Assembly: GCA_002633005.1 (NCBI GenBank)
Contig: NMRA01000114.1
Coordinates: 803,809 to 867,808, forward strand
DNA from: Phoronis australis
Taxonomy: Eukaryota > Animalia > Phoronida
Direction of reading: 5' to 3'
DNA: 64,000 nucleotides
Shown: one piece after another, positions 25,356-36,069 of the stretch
How positions within the stretch are numbered: the stretch's first letter is position 1
How the letters are laid out: every line of letters starts with the position of its first letter
Translations under genes and position numbers: made by a program
The notes under the pieces: model-generated
Told to the model about the DNA's origin: nothing
Database searches by the model: none
Seen by the model: the letters and a program-made list of their open reading frames with translations, nothing else

Positions 25356-25600
25356 CAGCTGTTTTCAAACGGATATCCGGTATCCCGGTAACTCTCTACG
25401 GTGGAGGTTTGAAACACTTGCACAAGAATGTTGAAGTTTTGTTTGCTGTGTTAGTGTTCACGTTCAGTTGTTAGTCTGTTTTTGTCCTGCGTTTGTTAAG
25501 AAAGTGTTGGACTGAAGGGTAACAATTTATTGAAAAGATGAAGAATTAGACGATCAGGAAGTTTCCAGTTTTTGAAAATTTGTGAATTTGATGCAGAAAT
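25356..25600. promoter_or_regulatory. Candidate bidirectional promoter for RWDD3/OMA1 and first non-coding OMA1 exon
   Basis: Lies directly upstream of the RWDD3 ATG, with a local CpG patch (GGATATCCGGTATCCCGG) and a strong + strand donor AAT|GTAAGT at 25601. The OMA1 ATG is 2.6 kb away on the opposite strand. Confidence 0.45.
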
Positions 25601-25651
25601 GTAAGTATAGTGTATGAACATAGTGACTAGTGACCACCGTCTCCAGCTGGC

Positions 25652-25729
25652 CACAGGCACCTTTAAGTAGCCCTCTACAATATAACATAATTATGTTATA
25701 TTGTAGAGGGCTACTTAAAGGTGCCTGTG
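25652..25729. repeat. Perfect 78-bp palindrome with no spacer
   Basis: CACAGGCACCTTTAAGTAGCCCTCTACAATATAACATAA|TTATGTTATATTGTAGAGGGCTACTTAAAGGTGCCTGTG; 39-bp arms with no mismatch. Confidence 0.97.
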
Positions 25730-25926
25730 CTCCCGTAATCAAACTTTTTTCGATCAGTCCTTCATTCAGTTGCCCAAATGGGCTACTGGCCATTTTTAAC
25801 ACTGGCCACTGCGAACTCTCCCCGTATGTGCGGTAAATATTGGTGCGTGAACAAAGTTAAAAATGGCCAGTTGCCGATTTGAGCAATTGAACGAAGGACT
25901 TCTCGATAAAAGTTTGATTACGGGAG
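25730..25926. repeat. Imperfect inverted repeat (~70-bp arms, ~55-bp loop), MITE-like
   Basis: CTCCCGTAATCAAACTTTT...TGGCCATTTTTAAC pairs with GTTAAAAATGGCCA...AAAAGTTTGATTACGGGAG. Confidence 0.85.
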
Positions 25927-26144
25927 TATTTGTTCCAGTTGGAAGGAATTAATGATATTGCACTGAAACTCCATTGACCCCCACACCCCTCGACCCTCGA
26001 CCCCCTTGACCTGCAACTCCCATGACCCATGACCTCCACGAACTGTGGAGTAGAGGTATCTGCACTAATACTAGTAATCATATTACCTCACTGGAAGACT
26101 TTCCCATAAGACATAGCTCCACGCAAATCTGCTCTGGCTGAAGT

Positions 26145-26300
26145 CAGGCGTGCGTTCAGTAGACGCTAGGACCTACGCTAGGACCTAGCTAAAACCTAGT
26201 CAAAGTCACGTGCTCTAATTTGAAATGTATGCAATATCTCACGTAATCTCGTGAAGTCTTGCTTTTTAGCAAGGTCCTAACGTTACTGAACGGGAGGCTG
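26145..26300. mobile_element. 156-bp MITE, copy 2
   Basis: Same length and TIRs as 18335-18490. Confidence 0.85.
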
Positions 26301-27972
26301 GTGATTGAAAACAGAAAGAGGCGTGTGAACGCCGATGGTCTTAAATAAGGTATTGTGAGCATGCTATCATTGTCATGGAAACAGTTCCATGAGTGGCTAT
26401 CAATGGCACAGTTCTAATAAACTTAGTGAGAGAGCATGTTAACGTGAATGTACAAAATTTCATATTTTTATTATTTGCTTTATATTGTATACTCGTTTAC
26501 AAAAAATTCCAGATAAGGACAAAATATTTTTTAGTTAACAGTTTGTTTTTTGAAAGTGTATTTACTGGTGAAATTACAGTTTTGTTGGTTCCTCGCACTC
26601 TGAAATTCACTGAAGAGCAGACGAGACAATTATACTCTGCAGGGAACGACACTTGTAAGGTTAGTAGGTCTTTGATTGGATTTGGCCACGTTGTTTTTTT
26701 CTGTTTTTGACTTTATGACTTGCTGAATTGACTGCCTTGATTCCAAAAAACAGGGAAAAGCCAGCCAAGTTCACGGCCCAATTCATTGGTCCTACAAGTC
26801 TCCGCTTGTTTTATGTTTAGATCGAGTCGAGCTTGTGTAGACTGGGTCGACGGGGTTGTGGGTCATAGGTCGAGGGTCGTGGATTGAGGGGGTCATCGGT
26901 CGAGGGGTGTTGGGGTTGAGGGGGTTTCAGAAATCCGAATTAAAGACATCAACAGCCTCCTAAGGTGTCCCTCTATGCGCAAAAGGTACTTATAACAATG
27001 TGACTTTGATGTTTTATTCAGTGTGAGGCATAATTTGCTGAAAAGTTTCTGACCAGTTGAGACGGTGGCACTGTCTAAACCATTCAGCCAATAGGCAATT
27101 GCCACTTGGCAAGCGATTAAGAGAGACATTCTATCCATGGCTCTATATCTCAACTGAAAGTCACGTGTCTCAACATATTCCTGCTAGATTATCACACAGA
27201 AGTAAATCGTCAGTAAAAGAATTCTGGCCTTGACAGAATAAAAACTTTTTGTGAAAGATTCTGAATAAACTTTTTGTGAAAGATTCTGAATCTTATATGG
27301 CATGTACTTTTAAATTTCGTGAACTTTTATTTAGACTGTGATGTGTCTCAGTACTCAAGTTTGGCTTTTCATTTTGCTCCATGATCTAGTGAATTTCTGG
27401 TAAACCTGCTATTCTATTAATATTATTTTATTTAGTTAAATTTTTAGTTTTCAAACATCCACACATCTGTTGTTAGGACTAAGTCAAACTCCCTTCCTTA
27501 TGTTCATGATTTTCACAATTTAAGCTTCCTCTGTGTTAAGTTGGATAGGTTAATTGAAACTGGTTATTGATGAGATAAGAAACAAAGGAATGACTGAGTT
27601 CTTTCATTAATGGCAAAACATTGAATATTTCAGGTCATGCTTAAAGACGTAGATGTGGAATGGAGATGCAAGATGGTGTTCTTGGACTTCTAAAACGAAA
27701 ATCATCAATAAACGACCCACTTGGCTTTCACTGATCACCTTGTTCTACACTCACTTACCATTAGATAGTCTCCAACTAAAGTGCAATACATTTATTAAGG
27801 CTGTGTCTTGTCTTGCCTTATTTTATTCATCTTCGATACAGAGATATTTTACTTCTGCAGTTTTGTTTGTATTTTTGTGGTACTTGGAAAGTTGACGACA
27901 TTCCAATGATAGACTGGTTTTGTTTTCAATTGTTTTGAGATTGTGCACTGGAACAAACCGACTGGTACCACC

Positions 27973-28280
27973 ATGTCACTGTTGAGATTCCGGATATTTC
28001 ACTGCTTGGCTGGACAGAGTAAAGGATTACCCAACTATAACCATGTTGTGCATCGACTCAAGACTGCACATTCAGTCTCGCAAAAAACTCAGTGTCTGAC
28101 ATGGAATTTTTCGTCAAGAAATCCAGTCTATAAATACCATGGACAGCTGTTGGGTGTTCACCACCAAGGGTGCCATTATGGAGTGCGCTCGTTTCGCACA
28201 TCTCCCAAACATTGTGTGCCACCTTTCGTTTGGATGTTTGCGAAGCCCTTCATGAAGCTGGCTGCAATTGTGACTGGCAG
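27973..28280 (+). CDS. OMA1: OMA1 mitochondrial metalloendopeptidase (peptidase M48), coding exon 1 with presequence
   Basis: ACCACCATG start; basic presequence lacking acidic residues (MSLLRFRIFH...). RSFRTSPKHCVPPFVWMFAKPFMKLAAIVTGR resembles OMA1 RNFHTSP...KPVQKLFAIIVGR. Donor AG|gtccgt, phase 2. Confidence 0.85.
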
Positions 28281-28799
28281 GTCCGTAATTTTCTCTGTTT
28301 GACATTAGGGGGCGTCAAAGAGGCTACTTGCCCTAAGTTTAAAGTAGGACGCTAGAAAAATGTCCAAATTTGACTTGAGTCATATCTCAGAAATAGCTGC
28401 TCAAATTCATCTATTGAAACTTGTAAAAATTTTGCTTCTGGATATTGTTTTCAAAATGTTCCACTTTTGCATGAAAGGCCTGCAAAAATAGGGTTTTTAT
28501 AATTTTTGCAAAACATCAAAAGTAGACTGAAAACAAAATCATATTTTAGAAAACTGTAATAATGTTTTTGAGATTTCATCTTGAACATTTATATCAAACA
28601 AAATTTGATTTTTTGTGAAACTTAAGTTTCTTTTTCCTAAATTGTACTGAAAAGACATGGTCACGTAACCCAGTTAATGTCGGGTTAAAAGTTGAAAAAG
28701 TGTTATGAACTGTCAGATTTTGATAGGAATGCCAGCAATTTTGCTGTTGTATTCAAGAATTGGTTTTCCATTGACGCAGCTGTTCTGTTGTTGTTTCAG

Positions 28800-28909
28800 G
28801 GGTACTCGCAAATGGTGGCAGAACTTGCCCAAGGACAAGAAGTCACACTTTAAAGAGGTCCTCGATAACTCTTGGCACAAGATATTAACTGCTTCAGGGA
28901 TTTTTGCAG
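28800..28909 (+). CDS. OMA1: OMA1 exon 2
   Basis: tttcag|G GGT ACT CGC AAA TGG TGG; GTRKWWQNLPKDKK resembles GIRKWWQALPPNKK. Donor G|gtacca. Confidence 0.88.
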
Positions 28910-29431
28910 GTACCAAATTTAATCTATACTACAGGTAGCAATTGTCCTTGGTTATCATTTTCAAAGCATAGGAACTGGTTCGGCCGAATCTCCCAACAAC
29001 AGGCATTTTCAGAAATTTTAATTTTTGGTCTCCATTTGGAAGATTTTTGCCAATGGTTTTGAAAAAAATTAAATTCAGACAAGCTGAAAATGCCTCCCCT
29101 TGCACACGTTTCGTGTGGTTTTGAAAATGTGTCACAAAATTAATGTTGATGATAATCTTTTGATAATTAACATACTTTCGCATGTACGTCAGTTGTCAAC
29201 TTCAATGTTACACTGATGTCATGTGAAATTGGCCTTATTGAACAAATCTGCATATCAATTTAAAAATCTTGTTTACATTTACGTGAAGTCTCACTAGATG
29301 CCATTAGCAGTCTGAGCTGACACAGCTGATATTGAAAATTTCTTCAGTGTTTGTTTTCGTTTGCACGTGATTTTTTTTCAACCAACTGTTCTTGATAATC
29401 ATGAAAAAATACCTTCTTGGACAAATTGTAG

Positions 29432-29550
29432 GTTTATGTGGATTCTATTACCTCAGCCATCTTCAGGAGACTCCCATCACAAAGCGCAAGAGGTTCATTG
29501 CCTTCACTAAAGACCAGTTCCACCGAATTGTAGAGTTTGAAAATCAAGAG
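29432..29550 (+). CDS. OMA1: OMA1 exon 3
   Basis: tgtag|GT; encodes GLCGFYYLSHLQETPITKRKRFIAF...ENQE|gtaaaa. Confidence 0.9.
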
Positions 29551-29989
29551 GTAAAAGGCGATCCTATATGTAATACTACTCTACTAAGCCCATGCCATGA
29601 TGATACAATCCAGCTAGATGGTTATTCACCATCTAAAGTGGCCATTAAAACATTGACTGTGAAAAGGCTAATAGATGTGACTACCTGGCGCCTCTGTGTG
29701 TCTTAAAGTTGTGACTTGGGTGGGAAGTAAATGATTACAGCTCAAATTGTGCTTCACACGATCACTTAAAAATTGTCTCCCACAAACAATAACATTTGCT
29801 TAGCAAAATTTTAAAAGTGTTCTGTATAGCTGGGTCTCCCTTCCTCATTTACGTAATGAATCTATCCTGAGCTCTCGGCACGGGAAGACCTCGTTTCGTT
29901 AGTCAACAATCCATGTATTCTGAGGCATATTGCGATATATTCTTTAATAGAGATGACTTTGTGAACACACATGTACCTTGTATGTCCAG

Positions 29990-30163
29990 CTGATAAAGTC
30001 TTATAAAGGCAAGATTCTACCCACAAGTCACCCTAGTTATAAGAGGATTGAGAATGTGGCGAGGAAGATAATTGACTCAAATCAAGATCTGGACTTCATG
30101 AGGACCACCACGTGGACGGTGACTGTCATCGACAATGAGGATATCAATGCATTTGTTTTACCA
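29990..30163 (+). CDS. OMA1: OMA1 exon 4
   Basis: tccag|; encodes LIKSYKGKILPTSHPSY...WTVTVIDNEDINAFVLP|gtaagt, including the M48 NAFxLP motif. Confidence 0.93.
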
Positions 30164-30553
30164 GTAAGTCGACTGTTCATCAACAATGATGATATCAATG
30201 CATTTGTACTACCTTTAAGTCAACTGTTTGTCAACAGCTGAAGGTAATTCTAAACTACTGTTTTTTTGGAGTTAAAACTTCTCGTTTGAACATTGTACTT
30301 ATTCTTGTCAAATTTTTCGTTGGAAACATCCATGGAATTGGTAACGAATTTTTTTTCACCTTCATCTGGTTTTTTCTTTCCCAAAATTACTTGGAAAACT
30401 GTTTGTGAAATCCTTTCACACATCAGTGGTAATATTTGCAAATATGCACAACTCCTTGTTTGGGTAATTAGGTCAGGTGCGAGAAAAGCAGTGACTGCTT
30501 ACCGTATGTTTATTGCGAGTCCTACCGCAGTTACCGACTCGTTTAATTTTCAG

Positions 30554-30661
30554 AATGGTCAGATGTTTGTGATGAAAGGGACACTTGAGAAAGTCAAAAA
30601 CGACGATCAGTTAGCCATCGTGCTGGGACATGAGATGTCGCACGCCATTCTCGGGCATGGG
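30554..30661 (+). CDS. OMA1: OMA1 exon 5 (HExxH zinc-binding site)
   Basis: ttttcag|; encodes NGQMFVMKGTLEKVKNDDQLAIVLGHEMSHAILGHG|gtaagt. Confidence 0.95.
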
Positions 30662-31109
30662 GTAAGTTATTTTTGGTAACATGCTGAAGAGTTTAATTAG
30701 AAAGATTTGAAAATTGCTAAACTGCTGTAATTTTAAAAACTTCCTTCGATGGATTTTTGTTATTTTAGATTGCTCTACCTAGATACTCCTAGCAATGGGA
30801 AAATGTCTTTGTCACTAAATATAGACACATGAAGTGATACATGAAGTAGGCTTTTCGTGCCACATTGCAGCGCTTTAATAAAACAAACGACCAAGAGACA
30901 GGGAAACAAGTGATTAAAGTAACGGAACTTTCAGACATTTCTTGTCTCATCATCATTAGACAGACAGGCTGCAGGGGAGCATCAAAGATAAAGAGAGCTC
31001 GAACGAATGTCTATGAAAATCATTTATCGTGAAAAATTGAATTTTGTCTACATGAGTGGCTGCTGCCAAATTATTCTGAGTCTAATTTTTGAGAATGTCT
31101 TCTTCACAG

Positions 31110-31238
31110 GCAGAGATGGTGAGTTTTGCCCAGCTCTTGGACATGGTGGTTATTGTTGTGATGGCCGCCATATGGGCCCTGATGCCAAACGATGGTGTAG
31201 CCTTGGTAACACAGTGGTTCTACAACAAGGTGGTTCAG
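31110..31238 (+). CDS. OMA1: OMA1 exon 6
   Basis: ttcacag|; encodes AEMVSFAQLLDMVVIVVMAAIWALMPNDGVALVTQWFYNKVVQ|gtatta. Confidence 0.9.
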
Positions 31239-31692
31239 GTATTACAAGATGTTTGTGTGTTTGAATCAATTTTACAATCCGGAAGCGACTGGAATTTTAG
31301 TTCGTTCACTTATTTGTATGCATTGGTGCCAAGATTAGTTGGCAAAGTTATGTTTAGTGCTACATTGGTGCTTCAAAAAAAGGCAACTTAAAGTAAGAGC
31401 AAAGCAAGTTAATGCCTGACAATTTTATATTGAAGTTTGCACAGTAAGAGATAGAGTTTTTCATACTTAGAATTAAGTGTTGATAAAGTTAAGTGGCCCA
31501 ACAAGTTCTTCAGGATTTTTAGCCAATGATTAGTAAGGGAGCAATCAAAATCCAAGCTCGTAAAAATATCAAAAAAATATTCAAGACGGTGGCGCACTAG
31601 GTCAAGGTTAGCTAGATAATGCTGTACAAGAAATGAGGGAGAACATGATCCCTCTCCAATTTGTCTTAGATAAACAGGTCTTGTTGTTTCAG

Positions 31693-31767
31693 ATCCTGTT
31701 CAATATGCCGTACAGTCGCCATCTGGAGACAGAAGCAGATGATGTTGGTCTCCAACTGACTGCTAAG
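31693..31767 (+). CDS. OMA1: OMA1 exon 7 (third Zn ligand region)
   Basis: tttcag|; encodes ILFNMPYSRHLETEADDVGLQLTAK|gtgaac, with the SRxxExEAD motif. Confidence 0.94.
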
Positions 31768-32188
31768 GTGAACTAGAGCATGGGTTGTGGATCCTTACTT
31801 GCCAACTTGTATTAAAATGATTTTCAAAAAAGCTACTGGAAATTTCTTGTGTCTGGGCTATTATAAACCCAAAGTGAGCTAAGTTTTATAGTTAGTGGAC
31901 ATATCTAGTTTGTCTAATGCAGTTTCTTACACTGATTAGTCCGTTATAATCTGCCAGTTTCAGGGTTATATCCCCATGCCTTCCAACTCCTTTCACAAGA
32001 AAGCCCTTTCTGTCCAAACTCATTTCCTTTTCGTGAAATGTCCGCTTTAGTGTAATCTGTATTTCACCTTTGGTGACATTTCTGCAACTCCTATAATTTT
32101 GACCAAAGGCTTTTACTATATGTCCTGAAATTCTATTTTTTCAGTTGTGTTGGCATAAACATGTGAGAATAGTGTGATGGCATTGTAG

Positions 32189-32338
32189 GCATGTTATGAT
32201 GTACGAGAGAGCTCAGCATTCTGGTCCACCATGGGAGCGCACTCCTTAATCAGTGAGAATGAACTGGAGATTGGCTGGCTGTCAACACATCCTACTCACG
32301 AACAGCGGGCTGACTTTCTGGACCAAGTTATACCCAAG
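32189..32338 (+). CDS. OMA1: OMA1 exon 8 (STHP motif), using the proximal donor
   Basis: tgtag|; encodes ACYDVRESSAFW...WLSTHPTHEQRADFLDQVIPK|gtctgt. The donor is duplicated five more times downstream. Confidence 0.88.
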
Positions 32339-32635
32339 GTCTGTTTAGTTTACTCTCAGTGGGCTGACTTTCTGGACCAAGTTATACCCAAGGTCTGTTT
32401 AGTTTACTCTCAGTGGGCTGACTTTCTGGACCTAGTTATACCCAAGGTCTGTTTAGTTTACTCTCAGCGGGCTGACTCTCTGGACCTAGTTATACCCAAG
32501 GTCTGTTTAGTTTACTCTCAGCAGGGTGACTCTCTGGACCTAGTTATACCCAAGGTCTGTTTAGTTTACTCTCAGTGGGCTGACTTTCTGGACCTAGTTA
32601 TACCCAAGGTCTGTTTAGTTTACTCTCAATGGGTG
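32303..32635 (+). repeat. 54-bp tandem repeat x6 spanning the OMA1 exon 8 end and its 5' splice site
   Basis: Unit CAGYGGGCTGACTYTCTGGACCWAGTTATACCCAAG|GTCTGTTTAGTTTACTCT starts at 32303, 32357, 32411, 32465, 32519 and 32573. Confidence 0.97.
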
Positions 32636-32744
32636 CGGATGCCTTCGAAAGTACTTGTTTTACAATTGACAGAGTTTAAGCTAGAGTTAGTAGTCTTCAT
32701 ATGAGCCATATGTTGACCTGTAGTTGAGTCTGAAAAGATTGTTT

Positions 32745-32816
32745 CCCCGACCGTGGTTTGAACCCGCGACTTCTGCTAACCGTGCAGACGCTCTAGTCCA
32801 CTGAGCTGTCAGCACC
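32745..32816 (-). mobile_element. tRNA-derived SINE-like head or pseudo-tRNA
   Basis: Minus-strand AGCTCAGTGG A-box and GGGTTCAAACC B-box; acceptor stem is poor. Confidence 0.55.
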
Positions 32817-33105
32817 ACTCTGGTCGATTGCAAATATCCAAACAGATAATAATGTGAAATATCCAGTCATATAATATGCAGTCAGATTTCACATGTTAAA
32901 TATGCAGCCATAGATTAAGCAGGCATATTTCACATGTGAATTATGCATTTGTAAACTATGCAGTCAGAATTCACCAGTGAAGTATGCAGTCATAAAATGT
33001 GCAGTCATATTTCATATGTGAAATATGCATTCATAAAACATCCAGTGAAATGCAATTAATGCCCTTGTCACTGGTTTAATTTAATAGTCCTTTTTTGTTT
33101 TTCAG

Positions 33106-33282
33106 GCCATTGACCTCAGGCAGTCTTGCCGGTGTCACAAACTCACAGGGCCCGATCCCAGAATAGAAGTGAAGGAATTTTTACGCACGATTAAAGACCA
33201 GCTGCGCACAAATAGAAAGATAGAAGTGGAGTTGCCCGCACGCGAAGACATTCTAGTCCCCCACAGAGGGCAGGCTGAGTGA
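33106..33282 (+). CDS. OMA1: OMA1 last exon
   Basis: tttttcag|; AIDLRQSCRCHKLTGPDPR resembles ALKIREMCNCPPLSNPDPR. TGA at 33280-33282. The nine exons total 1350 nt = 449 aa plus stop. Confidence 0.9.
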   Translation, partial: AIDLRQSCRCHKLTGPDPRIEVKEFLRTIKDQLRTNRKIEVELPAREDILVPHRGQAE

Positions 33283-34068
33283 TGGTTTGCTTGAGGTTTA
33301 TTTCAATTTGTTGTCCTCATTTTTGCCAATTTAACAGTATTGAGGCTGACTGCTTTAGGAATTATTTATTTTTATGTGAATTTTTTTTATTGAAACTTTA
33401 TTGCCTTGAATTTTTTTTCAAACTTTTAAGCCAAATGACTGGAACATTTCCTGGAATTATGATATCGAGAAAATATTGTACTACTGATGTGTTTGCTGAA
33501 AGTATTTTAATGGGTCCACCTGACATGTCAGCAAATGCTGGCAGTGGTTTGACAAGGAAGAAAGTTAACATTAATTGCAATAGTCAGGGATGTAATCACC
33601 TGGAAGCAACAAAAAATAGTCCCGCAATTAGCTGTCTGGCAGAGTAGCTTTTAAGTAAGAGCAAACTTTTATGTGCGACTGACTGCACCACTGTGTTCAA
33701 GACTTAGTGTTATTTCGATGTGGTTCTCCGTGGTTGTGAAACATATTTTGTTAACTCTGCTTATAAAGATTACACAGAGTTGTGAAAGTATGTAGAGTAG
33801 CTGTGATTCAAGACTAATATGTGATGTTACCTGCTCAAAAGTCATGTGGTTAATGAGCTCATTCTCTAGTTTCACTGTCAAAAGATGTGCATCTTAACGG
33901 TCTCTCCAATAGTGCATTCTTATTGACCAATTCTGGGCGGCTGCTTTCCATAGGTGTGATTTACTCGCGAAGGCAGAAGATGATACAAATCTTCATGAGA
34001 TCTCGCCATACATTACAAGGCAACCACGTGATAACTCTATAACTTTTTGTGAGTATAATTGGCCTACA

Positions 34069-34143
34069 GGGCGGAGACCTGATGAGTTGACATGGGCGGA
34101 GACCTGATGAGTTGACATGGGCGGAGACCTGATGAGTTGACAT
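34069..34143. repeat. 25-bp tandem repeat x3
   Basis: (GGGCGGAGACCTGATGAGTTGACAT)x3, identical copies. Confidence 0.96.
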
Positions 34144-34757
34144 CAGTGACATGCAAATTAAAGAATGTTTAATATAATCCTATTTTGTCACGTTCTATAC
34201 GAATGATCAAGAGTTATGATTTCATGAAAGCGATGCTAAAGCCGCATTTGGCCATGTTCAGCATGTTAAAAACGAAAATTGAATTCGGACTTTTACTTTC
34301 CTAAAATTGGTGATGGGATTCTAATTCGTAACCAGTAAGAACGTTGAAACGGTCGGCGACTCTAAACACCTTTGGTGTTTATTGGGATTTGCTAACCATA
34401 AAATTACAAATAATGTGAAAATGACACGTGTCCTTATTACCTGTCACTTGAGTTGGTAATGGATCCAAAATAGAATCCTAACATTGTAAGGAGTATAATT
34501 ACAAGACTAATTTTATGAGATTACAAGGCCCAATTCTATTTTTGTCTGTCATCCAGTGATGCTGGCTTGTTTAAGTTTCATTTAACATGTTTAATAGCGC
34601 AAGGCTAAGACATGAAACCCTGTTTGGGCGAAGTAGTTTGGAATGTATGAGCCTCATGACATGTAAGATTGTATACCCCTGTGGAATATCCTTCATACAT
34701 ACAATTATGTGTACCTTGATCTTCAGAGGCTAAACATTAAGTGTGACTTGTCATTAA

Positions 34758-36069
34758 GGCGAAGGCAACCTTTTTTCATGTCACTTTTAGCAAAAATAAG
34801 GTCTGTTAATTATCCCAGACATATTTTTCACTTAATTGCAGCGTTTCGTAATTTAATTAATTTCTCGTCCTGTACTCCGGAAGTGACGTTTTGGGAGGCA
34901 AGAATTTCGCGCCAATTTCTTTTCATACAGTCGGACTCTGAGAGCTGTCAAGTCAGTCATTGTTCTACCTCGGATGTGATAAGTTCGGTCGTTGTTTGCT
35001 TTTGTTTACAAGTCAGTCAATATGCCACGCTACTGCTGCGTACCAGGATGTACTCATTATCATCTCACACGCACTTTGGGTACCTTGCATCGCTTTCCAA
35101 AGATGGCACACTTCGCCGTACTTGGCTAGCTCGTTCGTGTGAAGAACGCAGCGCTACCCGCTCACACAACATACAAAGCAGTGGCGAGCATTTTCAGCCG
35201 TCAGATTGCGACAGACACGCTGAATTGATGAAGGTCCCTGCGAAACAACGCCTGAAGAAGGGTTCCATACCACTGCTGCTGATTCCCGGCAGTGCCCCGT
35301 CGCCACCCCCGAGAAGTGCGTTTTTGAAGCGAAAATCCTCGCGAGCTGTGGCCACTATAAACAGTGACTGGAGGCACTTCATCTACTGTCACCCATGCCT
35401 CCGAACGTACCCCATAGCGTGCAATTCCAGGAACTATCTGTGATTCCCCGTGTGGTGTGCTGTTGTCTCTAGCCCAGAGCCTGTAAGCAGCCATGCTGCG
35501 ATGTTGTGTAGTGGGATTGAATACAGGCCCAGTTTGACACCCAGTGAAAAGTACAGTTCGTCATCCAATGAACAGATCGCTGAGCCTGAGTTTGATAAGT
35601 TTATTGTGAACTTGTATTGGAGCTATTTAGAAGGTGCCATGTGTGTGATGAGAGAGTCGCACGGTGGGACTTTGTAAGCAGTTTGGGTGCTCAAGTCACC
35701 ATCCACTGGGAGTGTGTCACGGTACACTCAGGCAAGTGGGACAGTTCTTCCTCTGTACATGAGACGATAATGAGTACATCTCTGTAGGCAGGAGCAGCGT
35801 GGCATGTTTACTGATTCAAAAACAAAAGCAAACGATGACCCAACTTATCACCACCGAGGTAGAACAATGACGGACTCGACTGCTCTCACAGTCAGACTGT
35901 ATGAAAAGAAAATGACGCGAAATTCTTTCCTCCCAAAACGTCCCTTCCGGAGTAGACGACGAGTAATTAATTAAATTACGAAAAGCTGTAAATAAGTGAA
36001 AATATGTCTGGGATAATCAAAGAACCCTATTTTTGCTAAAAATGACACGAAAAAAGGTTGCTTTCTTCT
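34758..36069. mobile_element. Kolobok-like DNA transposon derivative, 1.3 kb, with ~310-bp TIRs and TTAA target duplication
   Basis: TTAA at 34754-34757 and 36070-36073; termini GGCGAAGGCAACCTTTTTTC / GAAAAAAGGTTGCTTTCTTCT. Inverted similarity runs 34758-35067 versus 35760-36069. An internal THAP remnant, TTAA TSD and RR termini are Kolobok hallmarks. Confidence 0.82.
35022..35275 (+). pseudogene. Frameshifted THAP zinc-finger ORF inside the transposon
   Basis: MPRYCCVPGC...LHRFPK, then a frameshift to DGTLRRTWLAR...EHFQP...RLKKGSIP; this is the THAP C-x-VPGC / FP / W / HF / LKxGAVP pattern. Confidence 0.8.

Noticed and set aside
32303-32635. Regular repeat array superficially like a CRISPR array or a repeat-protein ORF (32231-32704)
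   Set aside because: There are no unique spacers and the context is eukaryotic; it is a tandem duplication of the OMA1 exon/intron boundary.
34079-34143. CTGATGAG hammerhead-ribozyme core in the 25-bp repeat (also at about 5217)
   Set aside because: No stem II followed by GAAA and no stems I/III could be built.
34709-35443. 244-aa ORF as a host gene
   Set aside because: It runs through the transposon TIR and only part of it is the frameshifted THAP remnant.
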